Shown in pieces: positions 39,556-52,487 of a stretch of 64,000 bases of DNA. Location of the stretch: the NCBI RefSeq assembly GCF_006345805.1, contig NC_043020.1, forward strand, positions 30,194,001 to 30,258,000, given 5' to 3'. Every line of letters begins with the position of its first letter. The stretch's first letter is position 1. A program made the position numbers and the translations under genes. The notes beneath the pieces were generated by a model, which had not been told where the DNA came from, did not search any database, and saw only the letters and a program-made list of their open reading frames with translations. The DNA is from Octopus sinensis (Eukaryota).

Positions 39556-39857
39556 TAGCAGACTCAGTAACAGACTCATTAGCAGACTCATTAACAGACT
39601 CATTAGCAGACTCAGTAACAGACTCATTAGCAGACTCATTAACAAACTCATTAGCAGACTCATTAGCAGACTCATTAGCAGGCTCATTAGCAGACTCATT
39701 AACAGACTCATTAGCAGACTCATTAACAGACTCATTAACAGACTCAGTAACAAGCTCATTAACAGACTCATTAACAGACTCATTAGCAGACTCATTAACA
39801 GACTCAGTAACAGGCTCATTAGCAGGCTCATTAACAGACTCATTAGCAGACTCATTA
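39556..39857. repeat. 12-bp tandem array (ARCAGACTCAKT, ~25 copies)
   Basis: Directly visible; it produces the spurious LINR/SLLM ORFs. Confidence 0.95.
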
Positions 39858-40794
39858 AGCTGCCAGAGAAACTGTTTAGCGACATTTTGTCAGTTTATAG
39901 GTTCTGAGTTCAAATTCCTCTGAGGTCGGCTTTACCTTTCATCGTTTTGGGGTCAATAAAATAAGAACCAGTGATGTACTGGGGGTCAATGCAATCAGCT
40001 TCATACCCCCCCTTAAATTGCTGGCCTTGTGCTTAAAATTTGAAACCATTAACACAAAATGGAATGTGTGGAATTGATTCAACAAATATTTCTATCAAAG
40101 AATTCCATGATGATTGCTTTCCATTTCTGCTGGTTTCAGCCAGAGGCTGTGGCCATGATACAGCAATGTTTTTATTATTTTTTAGAATTACAAACAAAAA
40201 GAGAGGAAGAGAAACCATGGAGACAGGCCTGTCCTTGTGAGTTAACCCAGGGTTTTGGGTTCAATCCTGCTGAGTGTAGTGGATCTTGCAGCAGAGATTG
40301 ATGTCATCAAGGTTTTGTGAGCGAAATTTGGTTGATAGAAACTGTGCAGAAGCCTGTTATATGTGTGTGTGTGTGTGTGTGAGATCATCATCATCATCGT
40401 CGTTGTCGTTTTAATGTCTACTTGTTCATGCTTGTATGAGCCAGACAGAATTCATAGAGGCAGATTTTCTACGGCCGGATGCTCTTCCTGTTGCCAACCT
40501 TCACCTGTTTCCAAGCTCTCCTTTGCAGGACACGTTTCCATACAAGTCTGGAAACAAATGACATCCTCTCATATGATGGTAACACCCACACACGATGTAT
40601 TTCTTCAAGATTGCTCTACCGATTCCACTCACAAGGCTTTGGTCAGCCTGGTGCCATATTAAAAGTCCAAGGTGCCACACAATCAACCAAGAATCTCTAA
40701 ATGGTTCTTGCTCAACCAATGGCAACAGGGCTGCACTCCAAACACTTTAAAAACTCCAGAATGGAATGGAATAAAAGCACAAGATTTTGCTTAC

Positions 40795-40881
40795 CATTTC
40801 TGATAGCAGTTCTTCAGTTAATGATGGATTCTGGTAGATAGAAAACTGAATTTCCATAGGAATTCCATAATCCAAAGGTTG
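40795..40881 (-). CDS. MPND: MPND-like exon
   Basis: QPLDYGIPMEIQF...LLSEM resembles MPND PSDYGIPM. Canonical splice sites. Confidence 0.92.
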
Positions 40882-41659
40882 CTGTTAAAAAAAGAGGATA
40901 AAATATTTAGTGAATTCAACAAGTTACTGAGTTAAAAATGAAATTCAAAGCAGCATCAGTTAAGATGTGTTTTGTGAATGAGCTAAAGAAGGGGGTCTTC
41001 TAAGGGGGTGCTCTACATGCTAGAAATAGCTGCTAAATCTTTAGACTCCACTCCTCCCAAAAAAGCAAAAACAAATCAGCCTAAGTCAGAAAAATCCAGG
41101 ATCCCCATTCTTCAAATGTGTCCCTTTCCTTTTATAAGACGGTGAAGAATACTTTGAAGGAGAAATGAGATTATACATATGTGGCACCAGCACCAGTGAG
41201 GTTACCAAATGACTTGCAAGAGGAAGACACCTCAACTGAAGAGGGGGTGGGGTGATATTGAAGGAGGTGGCTTTGTGCTTTTTGATGAGAGGTTAAAAGT
41301 ATAGTAGAGGGAGATTGAAACAGGAGACCCCCAGATGGAAGAGAGAGAGAGAGAGAACCTAGAGGTAATGAGTATACATTGGATCAACATCCCTTCCTAG
41401 AAAAAAAAACAGAGTTACAGAAGCATTGATGATAATTCAAAACCAACAAAAGAAGAGTTGGAGAAGAAGCAGAAAAGACCGGCCATTGTTGAGAAGAAGA
41501 GAGAGAAAAGTTGTTGGTGGCAAAGAACTTGATTAACGAGTGATGTTAATTGACTGTGACTGGAAATTGTGGATTTATGGAATTAAGAAAGCAAACTGGC
41601 CATTTAATCATTGAATCAGTGCTATTCACAACAGATACTGACCAGGGGTCATCACTTAC

Positions 41660-41733
41660 CTCTACAAGGGGTGGCATTACCCAGAAAGCTCGGAAAGTCG
41701 ATTCTTTCTTCTTCGAACTCTTATTATAGGGAG
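41660..41733 (-). CDS. MPND: MPND-like exon
   Basis: APYNK...ESTFRAFWVMPP resembles MPND SPY...FWVMPP. Confidence 0.92.
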
Positions 41734-42719
41734 CTGAGGAAAGAGAAAACAAAAGCAAAGAAGTTATTCAACAGGAGTTTCACATTTAAAAAAGAAATAA
41801 TAAAAAAAGGAGCCATTGTTGTTATTTATCCCAAGGTTAACATTCTGAGAAAACTAACCCTATGGTCAAAAGTGTTCCACATGTGGCCATCCCATCTTTT
41901 TTGTATGTCAGAGAATATATTGTCCAATATAATAACCTTTCTTTTATATACGTAAGGCAGTGAGGTGTGATGCAAGGGAGATTTGGTTGCTATTTTTAGC
42001 AATTCAAGCAACTGCGTAGAGGTTCCCGCACTGGTTTGTAAAAAAAGTGGAATTCTTATCCAGGGGCCATGTTGCGGTGTGGTGGGTTGTGTGTCTCAAT
42101 GACCCTGAGAGCAATACCAAAGGAGTACATGTTCCTGGTGGGCACCTTCCATGTGGGACAGATCAGGGGACAGACTAACATGGAGCATGCACTGGACCAA
42201 TGCTCTGATTTAAAAGAAAAGCTTCAATGGCAATTCAATATTAGCAAGAGGTGGGCAAGGAAGGCATTCCTTCAGAGAAACATGTGACACAACACAGCAA
42301 AATCTAAAAGGAAGTGGCAGGGAAACAACAGGGATCCGAAAGGAGAGAAGCAGGAATGATATGACAGAGTGGAAAAGAGTGGAGGGAAGCATAATGAGTG
42401 AAGGACTTAAGTGATTGGTGAACACAGTAGTATAGGCACTCAGAAGCCCCTACACTGCAACAAGGACCCAACCTTGTGGTGGACACAACAACTTGGGAAC
42501 TGTAAAATTCCTTTTGAATTTACATTTCCCTGACAGCTATTTTGAGAAGGACCACAACAAGAACAAAAGCATTAACCTTTAGCATACTGTAGGTGCATCG
42601 TGTTGCTGTATGAGTTTTCTCCCTGCTCAATGTGACACAATGCACTTGTAGCAATAGGGGAGAAAAGGTGCATGATGCACCTAAGTGTGCTAAAGGTCAA
42701 AGGTATTCCAAGAACTCAC

Positions 42720-42888
42720 CAATGATGAAACCTAAACAAGGATGGTATACGGATCCCACACCCTTCATCTTCAGTTGATATGTCATTTGGCAGTCAATGT
42801 CCCGTAGAGTTGGACTGGCAGAACGATGGGGATGACTGTGGTACCAACCAACCAGGGACAAACCAGATTTGTTCATTCGATGTCGAAT
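42720..42888 (-). CDS. MPND: MPND-like exon with the JAMM metal-binding motif
   Basis: Encodes LVGWYHSHPHRSASPTLRDIDCQMTYQL...PCLGFII. Confidence 0.95.
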
Positions 42889-43927
42889 CTACAAAAGGCA
42901 CAAACATATATTAATTTACATACAATGCTTGCTTAAGATGAAGGAAAACATAGAGAGATATTTTATAAAAGTTAAGAGGTTTCACAAGGGCAAATTTATA
43001 TTATGATCCAGTCCAGCAGCTATCAGAACGAGTCTAACAACTAACACCATTTGCATTTTGTAAGGAAAACATGTGAACTTCCAAAACTGATATGAAAGAT
43101 TAATTTGTTTTATTTCAATTTATTTTCTGCTCTTACAGCATGACTAAATTGATTTAAAAGAAAGTGAAACCTGTAGCAGATTTTCATAAAAATGTAAATA
43201 TTTCTTTTCTTTTATTCATGATAAATTCCTTGAAGAATTTTCATAATTTTGTTTTTTAGTACATATATAAGACATAGACACACATCGTATACATTAACGT
43301 ACATACACACTTACAAACATAGACACAATATATATATACACAGATATATATATATAAGCTTACAGATATATAGTTTTAAACATTAATCACAACCACACCA
43401 AGGCTAAATTTGAGAAGCTGGGTTTTACAAAAGCAGAAATGGCATGACTCATTAAGAAATTATAATTACAAGCCATTAATTTAGAAATGAGTTGTGATGT
43501 CACTGGTGCCAAGAAGTATCAACCCCTTTGCCTTTCCCTTGGCATGGAGAGGAGAGGCTGGTATGCATGGGTGAATACTGGCCTTCCTTAAAACAACCTT
43601 GCCTGGACTTGTGCCTCGGATGGTAACTTTCTAGGTGCAATCTCACGGTCATTCATGACCAAAAGGAGGCCTTTACTCATTTACCCTTTTTATGTGTGTG
43701 TCTTTGCTTGTCCCCACCACTTGAAAACTATGTTGGTTTGTTTACATCCATGTACCTTAGCAGTTTGGCTGAATGTGACCGATAGAATAAGTACCAGGTT
43801 TACTAAAAATAAATAGTGGGGTTGATTTGTTTGACTTAAAAACCCTCCAAGGTGGTGCCCCAGCATGGCCACAGTCCAATACCTGAAACAAGTAAAAGAA
43901 TAAAAGATAAAAGATGAGAAAACTCAC

Positions 43928-44004
43928 CTCAGCCTCAATTAAAGGAGCATTTTCTTTGTCCCCTAATCTACTCAGACATGGGAATGCTTGTAGAATATTC
44001 AGAT
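43928..44004 (-). CDS. MPND: MPND-like exon
   Basis: Encodes LNILQAFPCLSRLGDKENAPLIEAE. Confidence 0.92.
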
Positions 44005-45049
44005 CTGCATTGAAAAATACAAAATATTTTTACATTCATTTATCAAAGAGCAGAATGAAGCAGAAGGCTTCGTTGCTTTTCCCAGCATCAAGTGCTAGAT
44101 GAAGAATTCTTAAATCTCAGCTGTGCTGGTGCCACGTAAAAAGCATCCAGTCCACACTGTAAAGTGGTTGGCATTTGGAATGGCATCCAGCTTTAAAAAC
44201 CTTGCCAAAACTGATCTCAGCTGTGCTTGTACCACATAAAAAACCCTGAGTCCACTTTGTGGAGTGGTTGGTGTTAGGAAGCGCATCCAGCCGTAAAAAC
44301 CATTGCTAAAACAGTCACAGAAGTCTGGTGCAGGCTTCTGCCTGGCTGGCTCCAGTCAAACCGTCCCACCCATGCCAGCATGGAAGATGGACGTTAAACA
44401 ATGGTGATGATGATGAATAACATATGTATTTCATTCCATTTCCTGCAAATAAACAGGTTCCTTTCATTTCTTCTGACCAACCTCATTATTATTATTATTA
44501 TTCTTACCAATATGGAGGGCAGTGAACTGGCTGAGACATTTCTGCACCAGACAAAAATACTTCTCAGCATGTTTTCTGACTTTACATTTGAAGTTCAAAT
44601 GCAAATGAGGTGGACTTTGTCAATCTTTCAGGGTTGATAAAATATGTACCAGTCAGGCATTGGGGGTTGATGATATCAACTTACCCCTTCCCCTAAAATT
44701 GCTGGCCTTGTGTCAAAATTTGAAACCAATATTATTACCAATACATTATTCTTACTCTGCCAAAATATTTTATTTCTATACATTCGACCCCCATGAGGAT
44801 GGGGAAGCCGCCTTTTTTCCGTCAAGGGCTTATGTGCCCCTTTATTAGACTATTTTCCTTAGTCATTGCACGGGGATTGCCATGTGCTTACCATTATTAT
44901 TATTTACAAGATTGTAAAAACAGTGCCGTATAAAAAATCCATTCGCACCGATATATATGTATATATATCCTCAACCAATCCTTCCCCACCACTACCCTCC
45001 TCTCGACCCGACCCCTACTAGACCAACTGGTTGAAGAGTATGTACTTAC

Positions 45050-45122
45050 GTTGTGTGTTCTGGTCCCATTTACCGGCCAAATATCCCAATACTTCACTAC
45101 TTGTCAAGTGGCAGTGGAAATC
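45050..45122 (-). CDS. MPND: MPND-like exon (catalytic Glu of the MPN domain)
   Basis: Encodes DFHCHLTSSEVLGYLAGKWD. Confidence 0.93.
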
Positions 45123-46566
45123 CTACAACAGCAGAGAGGAGAATCACTTAATTAGTTTGCAATTAATTAATGAAGTGGAGAAGAAACATCTCATTAATCT
45201 GTGATTGATTATCAGGCAGAATGAAGGATCACCTCGTTAATTTTTGATTGTATATTGAAACAGAGAGATTACATACCGGAAGAGTGGATCAGCTCATTAG
45301 CCACTGATTGCTCATCAAACAGAGAGGAGAAATCACTTTGTTAATTTGTGATTGATTATGAAATCTTATTAATTTGTGATGGAATGAAACTGTTTGCAAT
45401 TTCTTCTTCTGAATCTTCGACCCCGAATATGAAGGTTACGTGTTTTGTGTTTGTGTCGTAATTTTGAAGGAGGAGAGAGAAAAGGAACAGCTTCAATGAT
45501 GTCTTCAAATCCTGCAGACTTGGTGTTCAAATGGATAACCCTTTAGCATTCAGATTATCCTGCCAAATCTAATCCATTTATTTATTCACATTATTTGGAA
45601 TTAATTAGGCATTTTCTCACAGCTTGTATGACGTGATTGTTTATATTTTAGAGTGACATTGTAGGGTAGATGTAAGAGGCCAGATATGGTCAGTTTGAAT
45701 ATAAAACAGGTGGACCATTTGGGCTGGACATTACCAGTTTATATGCTGAAGGGTCAAATCAGACACAGAGTCTTCAGAAGACCCCACTAGAGTGGTATAA
45801 GTCAAACACAATGTTCAGATGTTTTGACAGAGAGGTATGTGTACCATGTGCTGAGATTTTCATACAGAGAGGTACATAAACGATATGTCAAGATGTCCGA
45901 ATGTAGAGGCATACGTACGAGAGTAAGATGAGATGGTCAAAGTTGGAATGTCTTTGAACAGAGGTCTGCTTGATCAGGGAGCATCGAAGATTAAACTATA
46001 GTTATTCACTCTCTCTCTCTCTCTCTCACACACACCCACACACAACACAGGGGTGCAGGCATCACTGTGTAATTGAGAAGTTTGTTCAACAACTATAGGC
46101 TTAGCCTCACTGCATAGCACCTTTGGCAACTGTCTTCTAATGTAGCCCCAAGCTGGTAGATGGAAACTGTGTGGAAGCCCATCATATGTCTGTGTGTGTG
46201 TGTGTATATATAAAATTAATTACATACATACACACATATATTTGTGTATGTGCATGTGTTTGTGTTTGTCCCCTTACACAGCTTGACATCTAATATTGGT
46301 TTGTTTACAACCCTGTAACTTAACGGTTTCGCAAAAGAGACCAATGGAATAAGTAGTACACTTAAGCAGAAATAAAAAAGATAGAACGTATTTTGTGGTG
46401 AGTTTCACAAAACCGTTGAAGAAAATCTGTCTGAATGAATCTTGTGGGAGCCGTGCAGCCATGCAGAGCAAAAGAGGTCAAAGGAAAAAGAAAGATGGTC
46501 ACGGCAGAGTGCCTTTGACCGGGAATGGAACAAGAGAAGAACCAGGAAGCATCCCAGAGTACTTAC

Positions 46567-46663
46567 TATGAGAAACATGGAGTTTGTTGTGACAGACACA
46601 CTAAACGGTTGGAACTTGCCATAAGCTTCAAATGTTTCACACTCAACTAATGTGTTTGGATCT
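46567..46663 (-). CDS. MPND: MPND-like exon (start of the MPN domain)
   Basis: DPNTLVECETFEAYGKFQPFSVSVTTNSMFLI resembles MPND PHTLVEV..F...KFQPF. Confidence 0.92.
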
Positions 46664-47044
46664 CTGCAAGAAGAAGGAGAAGACAAAGAGATAAAATACT
46701 GCTTCTGGAATTAAATCAACTAATCTGGAACTCGACTGAGGAAAGAAAACTCTGAATGACCCGTCCTTGTTTTCTTTGTATCGTCTGTCTGGATGTTTTG
46801 CATTCTTGTCCCATTCTTGTATTTTATATATATATATATATATGTTGTATATATATACACACATATATGTTTAGTATACTGTTCCATTAAGGTAAGATGA
46901 CCAAAAAATTTACTTCAGTTAGTGAGGGATATGTTTAATAAACACAATATATAGTTTTTATGAGCTACCAATAGTTTCACGCAATGAAAATGACTCAGCA
47001 TATGTGTGTGTGTATATGTATGTATGTATGTATGTATATATGTA

Positions 47045-47080
<36 letters not shown>

Positions 47081-47920
47081 AATATATGTGTATATGTTTA
47101 TATATGTGTGTGAGTGTATATATGTATATACATATATATGTATATATTTATATATGTGTGTGTGTAGAAATAGATGTACAACTGCTCCTGTTAAGATCTC
47201 TGTGTAGATAATCCCCAGCCAGGCTTCTTCCAATTTGGTTGTTAAGCAACCATTAGACTCAGTGGTTTTATCACTGGTTATGAAACACAGAGCAAACGGA
47301 GGAGAACTTGGGACAAACTCATATTGTTAGTTCCAATCTCCATTTCACCATTGCAGTTGTTTGCAATCCCTGCATCGAATGTTCCAAGTGCAATTCGATG
47401 CTTAACCCCAACAGATCATCAAGGAATGCTTTAGTGCCCTACGCTACAGAGAATGAATTGTGTAGATTTAGGGAGATGGCTGGCATTTTAGACAAGGGCT
47501 TTGAGAGGGAAATGCATACATACACATCTAAGAATTTGAAAATTGGCTCCATAGAAAAAAGGTTTATGTCAAATATGTGTGATGACAAATGGGAAAATAA
47601 AGGGATTCTGAGCCAAAATATTTTTCTTTTAAATAAATCTAGATTTTATTTTAGCTTGTTTGGAAGATCTCCATGATAGGAATCTATCCATGTTAGTTAC
47701 AGGCAAAAATATTCAGTAGAAAAAATGTACTGAGGTAAGAAGCGCAGTCTCTGGTTTACAAGTTCCAATGAAACTGTCCAACCCATGCCAGCCTGAAAAG
47801 CAGACACTAAAAGATGATGATGATGATGATGATAGTGTTCAGCTGTTCTGTGAAGTGTGTTGGAGAGAGTGAAGAGGTGGAATGGCTAGAAAAGCAAAAA
47901 AAAGATTCCCAGACACTTAC

Positions 47921-48404
47921 TGTTCAGCATTTCTGTCCAGGAGATTGGAATGTTTGACCAAAGGGAACCTTGGATGGGAAGTGTTAATAATTTCGGGTTT
48001 CTCTAGTTTTTGTGTTTGGTGACTGTGTTTTGGCGATGGGGAGACTTTCTTCTGCTGATGTGTTTGATGACTATGATGCTGCTGCTGCTGTTGTTGTTGT
48101 TGTTGCTGTGGTGGTAGTGGTGGTGACAGTTGAACTTTCTGGTGCTGTGTTTTCTGATTGTGTTGTTGTTGCTGTAGCGCTGGTGGTGGTGGTAGTGTTG
48201 GCGGTGGAGACAGCTGAACTTTCTGGCGGTGCGGTTGTTGACTGTGTTGTTGATGTTTTGGTTGTGGTTGTTGTTGAAGCGGTGGTGGGGGAGACAGTTG
48301 CACTTTCTGCTGCTGCTGCTGCTGGTGGTGACATTGTTGGGATGGTGAGAACTTCTGTATTTTGTGACTTTCTTCTTTAATTCCCTTTAACGAAAGGTTC
48401 AAGG
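47921..48404 (-). CDS. MPND: MPND-like exon, Q/P/H-rich linker
   Basis: TTTTTAG acceptor and CA|GTAAGT donor; phases fit the flanking exons. Contains polyQ tracts and repeated QKVQLSPP. Confidence 0.82.
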
Positions 48405-50073
48405 CTAAAAACAACAACAATGATAAATAAATAAAAGGAAAAAATATGACACATATTAATTAGATAGCATGGGGTAATTAAGTAATTAGTATTAGTTAAT
48501 ATTATCTAATTATCCTGTACCCTCACACCCCTGCAACGTACCCAATCAGATGTCAGTTCTCTCTCACATCCTTCTCCTGTCTACTGTAAAATTACTATTA
48601 TTCTGCTGTTCCGTACTCCCAATCATCATCTGCTACTCCACTCCACCACCCACAAATCATGCATCATTGGTCAACCACCGGTCACTACATCTGCCCTTCA
48701 CTCTTATTTAGTCTCTCTTGCAACCCTCAACCAATCCTGCTTCCCATGTCCCTGCTCACTTCAACCCACCTCAGACCTTGAGGATCCAGCCTAACACTTC
48801 ATCACCTCTATTTATATCTCTTTCCACATCCACCCGACTGTTCTCACCCTTTTTTTCTAAAATGTGAGTCACCATTTAGCCCCTCTACCTGTTCTGCTCT
48901 GTCCCCTTCTTTCATACTTTTACCCTTCATCTCTTAGCATAAAGCTGTCCCTTCAGGGTTTGTAGCCTTGCAAGCAACATGGCATCCTCACTAGAGTTGA
49001 CGGCACAAAAAAAAAAAAATTTAAAAAAAGTGGTTGGCATTAAGAAGGGCATCCTGTTGTAGAAACCCTGTTAAAGGAGACACTGGAATCCTATGCAGTC
49101 CTTGGGTTCATCAGAGCCTGTCAAACTATCCAACCCATTCCATGGAATAGGCCGGATGGTTTGACAGGATCTGTTGCATGGAACAGGGACATTAAATGAT
49201 CATCATCATCATCTCACTAGTGTTTATAGTTGACTGATTGGCACCAAGTCATCTGTCCCCATCAAAATCCACTGATTTCTCACAGACATGCTGTCCCCTC
49301 ATTCTTCCTCCTCTACCACTGTTTCTCTGGACCTGGTTGGCTTCATTCAACATCAACTCAGAACCCTGTCTTCTTCTCATCCACATTTTAACTAACCCAG
49401 AGACATGGAACTTAATTGTATACTATTTATTTATTTATCTTTATCTCTTTCTCTCATTTCTCTTTCTCCCTCTCTTTCTTTCTTTTCCGTTATCTGTATC
49501 TTTGTACGTCTCTCTCTTCTTCCTTCTATATCTACATATTTCTCTCTCTCTCCTTTCCTCCCTCTCTCTCAATATTTGTTGATATTTTGACTCTTATCTA
49601 CAAAAATTTTAAAGAGCATCATTAAAACATAACTCTGATGATGATGATGATGATGATGATGATGTTTCTATGAAGAACACTCTGGAATTCTTTCCTGACT
49701 CATTTTTAACCCCAGCAGTTGAGGACATACAATTTCTCAAGAACAACATCAACCACACCAATTCCACTGATGTCAAAAATCCTGCAAAACTCTCAGACAC
49801 CCAACCTCTTGCCCCCACCCCCAACCCCTCTCCTCATTTATTAATGTGGACACAAAAAAGACTCTGAGTCCATAAATTTCTTCTTTCTTTGCCATGGGGG
49901 TTGAACAAATTTGAAAAGTTTAAAACCATTTCAACGTTTATTTAAGATGGTAGTTTGTTTCTTATGAAGGGGTGGTCCTTATAAAGATCCTTATTAGCCC
50001 ACCCCTCTATAAGAAACACTGGGTTTACATAGGAAATAGCTGTATTTTATAAAGAAACAAATATGTGACTCAC

Positions 50074-50111
50074 CTTCCTCTTGAATATCACTGTGGCTCC
50101 AGTCGACATGT
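50074..50111 (-). CDS. MPND: MPND-like small linker exon (38 nt)
   Basis: TTTGCAG acceptor and G|GTGAGT donor. Phase 2-1 bridges the neighbouring exons (HVDWSHSDIQEE). Confidence 0.7.
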
Positions 50112-50861
50112 CTGCAAAGAGCAAAGATGGCAGCATTAAAGCAAACACGAAACAAGAGAAGACTTCACTCTTGTTATTTCTCTTGTTGTTTCATCATTAT
50201 ACACACACATGCACACACACATGCACAGACACACACACACACACACACACTGTCACTCATTTTGTCCCTTTTTGTGTCCCCTTTTCTTCCAATGCTTGCC
50301 TGAGTCAAACAAAAAAAGTCATTGAGAAGCTGTTTCCCTGTTGCTAATCGTTGCCTGTTTTTCAATTAAGGGTTGGCAACAAGGAGGGCATCTGGCCCTA
50401 GAAAATCTACTTCAAAAAATCCCACCTGCCCCTTGCAAGCAGGGAAAAGTGAATGTAGAATGATGATGAAGATATATATATAAATAATAAGAGACGATGG
50501 ATAATTGTCAGCTCGTTACAGCTGTAACGAGCTGATAATTATCCCCTGTCTGCAATTATTCATTTGATTATAACACACCAAAGGGATTTACGACTTGTCA
50601 GACCCCCTAGACTATACCAACAACATACAATTCAATGTAACGCATGGTTTGAACCAGCCCCTAGGTGCTAATTACTCATAGGGTTGGTTTCCTCTGTGAA
50701 CACAACTGGAATGTCTTGATACTTACCAACTGTAGGCCGGAATCACAGGTATATCGAACCCTACCTGCTGCATATCTTTTCAAGTACCCGATTCTATCTG
50801 AATCTTTATTTTACTATTTATAAATATACATATATACATACATACATACATATATATATAT

Positions 50862-51172
50862 ATCACGTGATCATGTGACCGACCAGACCATCAGATGTTG
50901 CTACACATCGCTGGTCACAATGCGCTCTGCATTGTTTTAGCCTTCGAATGACGCCACCCCACTGGCTAAGCGAGCAGGCCAACAGAAGAAAGAGTGAGAG
51001 AAAGTTGTGGCGAAAGAGTACAGCAGGGATCGCCACCACCCCCTGCCGGAGCCTCGTGGAGCTTTTAGGTGTTTTCGCTCAATAAGCACTCACAACGCCC
51101 GGTCTGGGAATCGAAACCGCGATTCTACAACCGTGAGTCCGCTTCTCTAGCCACTGGGCCATTGCGCCTCCA
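50862..51172 (-). mobile_element. tRNA-derived SINE, apparently full length
   Basis: The minus-strand head TGGCCCAGTGGCTAGAG...GGTTTCGATTCCC has A/B boxes. CpGs are retained and the element is flanked by microsatellite. Confidence 0.7.
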
Positions 51173-51546
51173 TATACACACACATATATATGTGTGTGGA
51201 AGTGTGTGGCTTAGTGGTAAGGGTGTTGGACTCATTATCGTATGATTGCAGTTTCGATTCCTGCACTGGGTGGTGTGTTGTGTTCTTGAGCAAAGCACTT
51301 CATTTCACATTGCACCAGTCCACTCAGCTGGCAAAAAGGATTAACCCTGTGACAGACTGTCCTCCCATCTAAGTGGAAGACTTATATGCCATAGAATCCA
51401 GGAAACCAGCCTAAGGCCTAGGAAGGTCCTTTTAATCTCTGTCACAGTTCCTTAGTCAGCCCAGAGCTATAGTAGAAGACACTTACCCACGATGCCCAAA
51501 CCTTTGAGTCGTAAATATTTTCTGAAAAACATTCAATTTTTCTTAC

Positions 51547-51710
51547 TTTTTGGTTTTACCATTGGTTATAGGTTTATGCCCTATATGTGCGGGCAAAGGG
51601 GGTTTCAATGTAGTTCTTCGTTCCACTTCAAATTCAGGCACTTTATGGAACAAGTCTTTGGAATTTCGATTGGTTTTCATAATGTTAGAAGAATCATCCA
51701 GCAGAGGCAC
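51547..51710 (-). CDS. MPND: MPND-like linker exon
   Basis: CTCTTACAG acceptor and AA|GTAAGA donor, phase 0-2. Only one frame is open: VPLLDDSS...NGKTK. Confidence 0.7.
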
Positions 51711-52487
51711 CTGTAAGAGAGAAGAGTATTTTCCTTTGATAATTTGTGGTTGGTATTATTAGAGGGGAAAAAATAAAGAAACTATAGAAGGAATATTTAG
51801 TAGTCCGAAGACACTTAGAAATCGAACCTGGATCGCTAGATACACTACAAAAACAACAACAAAAAAAGTGATTCACTCAATTATTGATAACACCAATAAA
51901 AAAAAAGGGCCACTCGGACACACAGTAAAAGAAGATCTCATCAAACAATTTCATCTTTGGTGTGTTTTCTGTGTATTTAGTATATTTTAGCCATTGGACA
52001 ATAGAGTTGGTAAATAGTAATGGTGCTGCCTTTAAACTGGTCAACTGCAAGTGATTTGACCATAATATCAAGACCAATGGACGGCAGAGTTGATGACAAT
52101 GACGAAGGCATGGCTAAACCAGGTGGCTGCTAAAATTACACATCTTATATCAACTTTGAACTTTCTCACTTGGTGCAAGCATCCTTTCTTTGTCGTTTGT
52201 AGTAACAACAATATACAGTTTGTTAACGATAATGACAAATATATTTGCATTTAAAATCTCAGAGGAATTCATATTCTTTCCATCAACTTCAACTTAACCA
52301 AATCATAAGATGGTTGATTACCAAAATTCAGAAGTATTTTACTGTTACAAACAGATATTTTATTTAATGGAGTGATACGTGTAGCAGCCAAGCAGACTGG
52401 GTAGATATGGGAGACATCACAAATATTAAATGTTCCTTAATCCTATGCAACACAGGTAAGGTTTCCATTTAAGGGAGTAGCATTTTG

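Noticed and set aside
39458-39907. ORFs LINRLISR.../SLLMSLLM..., or a CRISPR-like array
   Set aside because: It is a 12-bp tandem repeat without unique spacers, in a eukaryotic intron with no cas genes.
51544-51546. In-frame TAA region read as stop read-through or A-to-I recoding to Trp
   Set aside because: The TAA lies within a canonical GTAAGA donor that gives the correct phase, so ordinary splicing explains it more simply.
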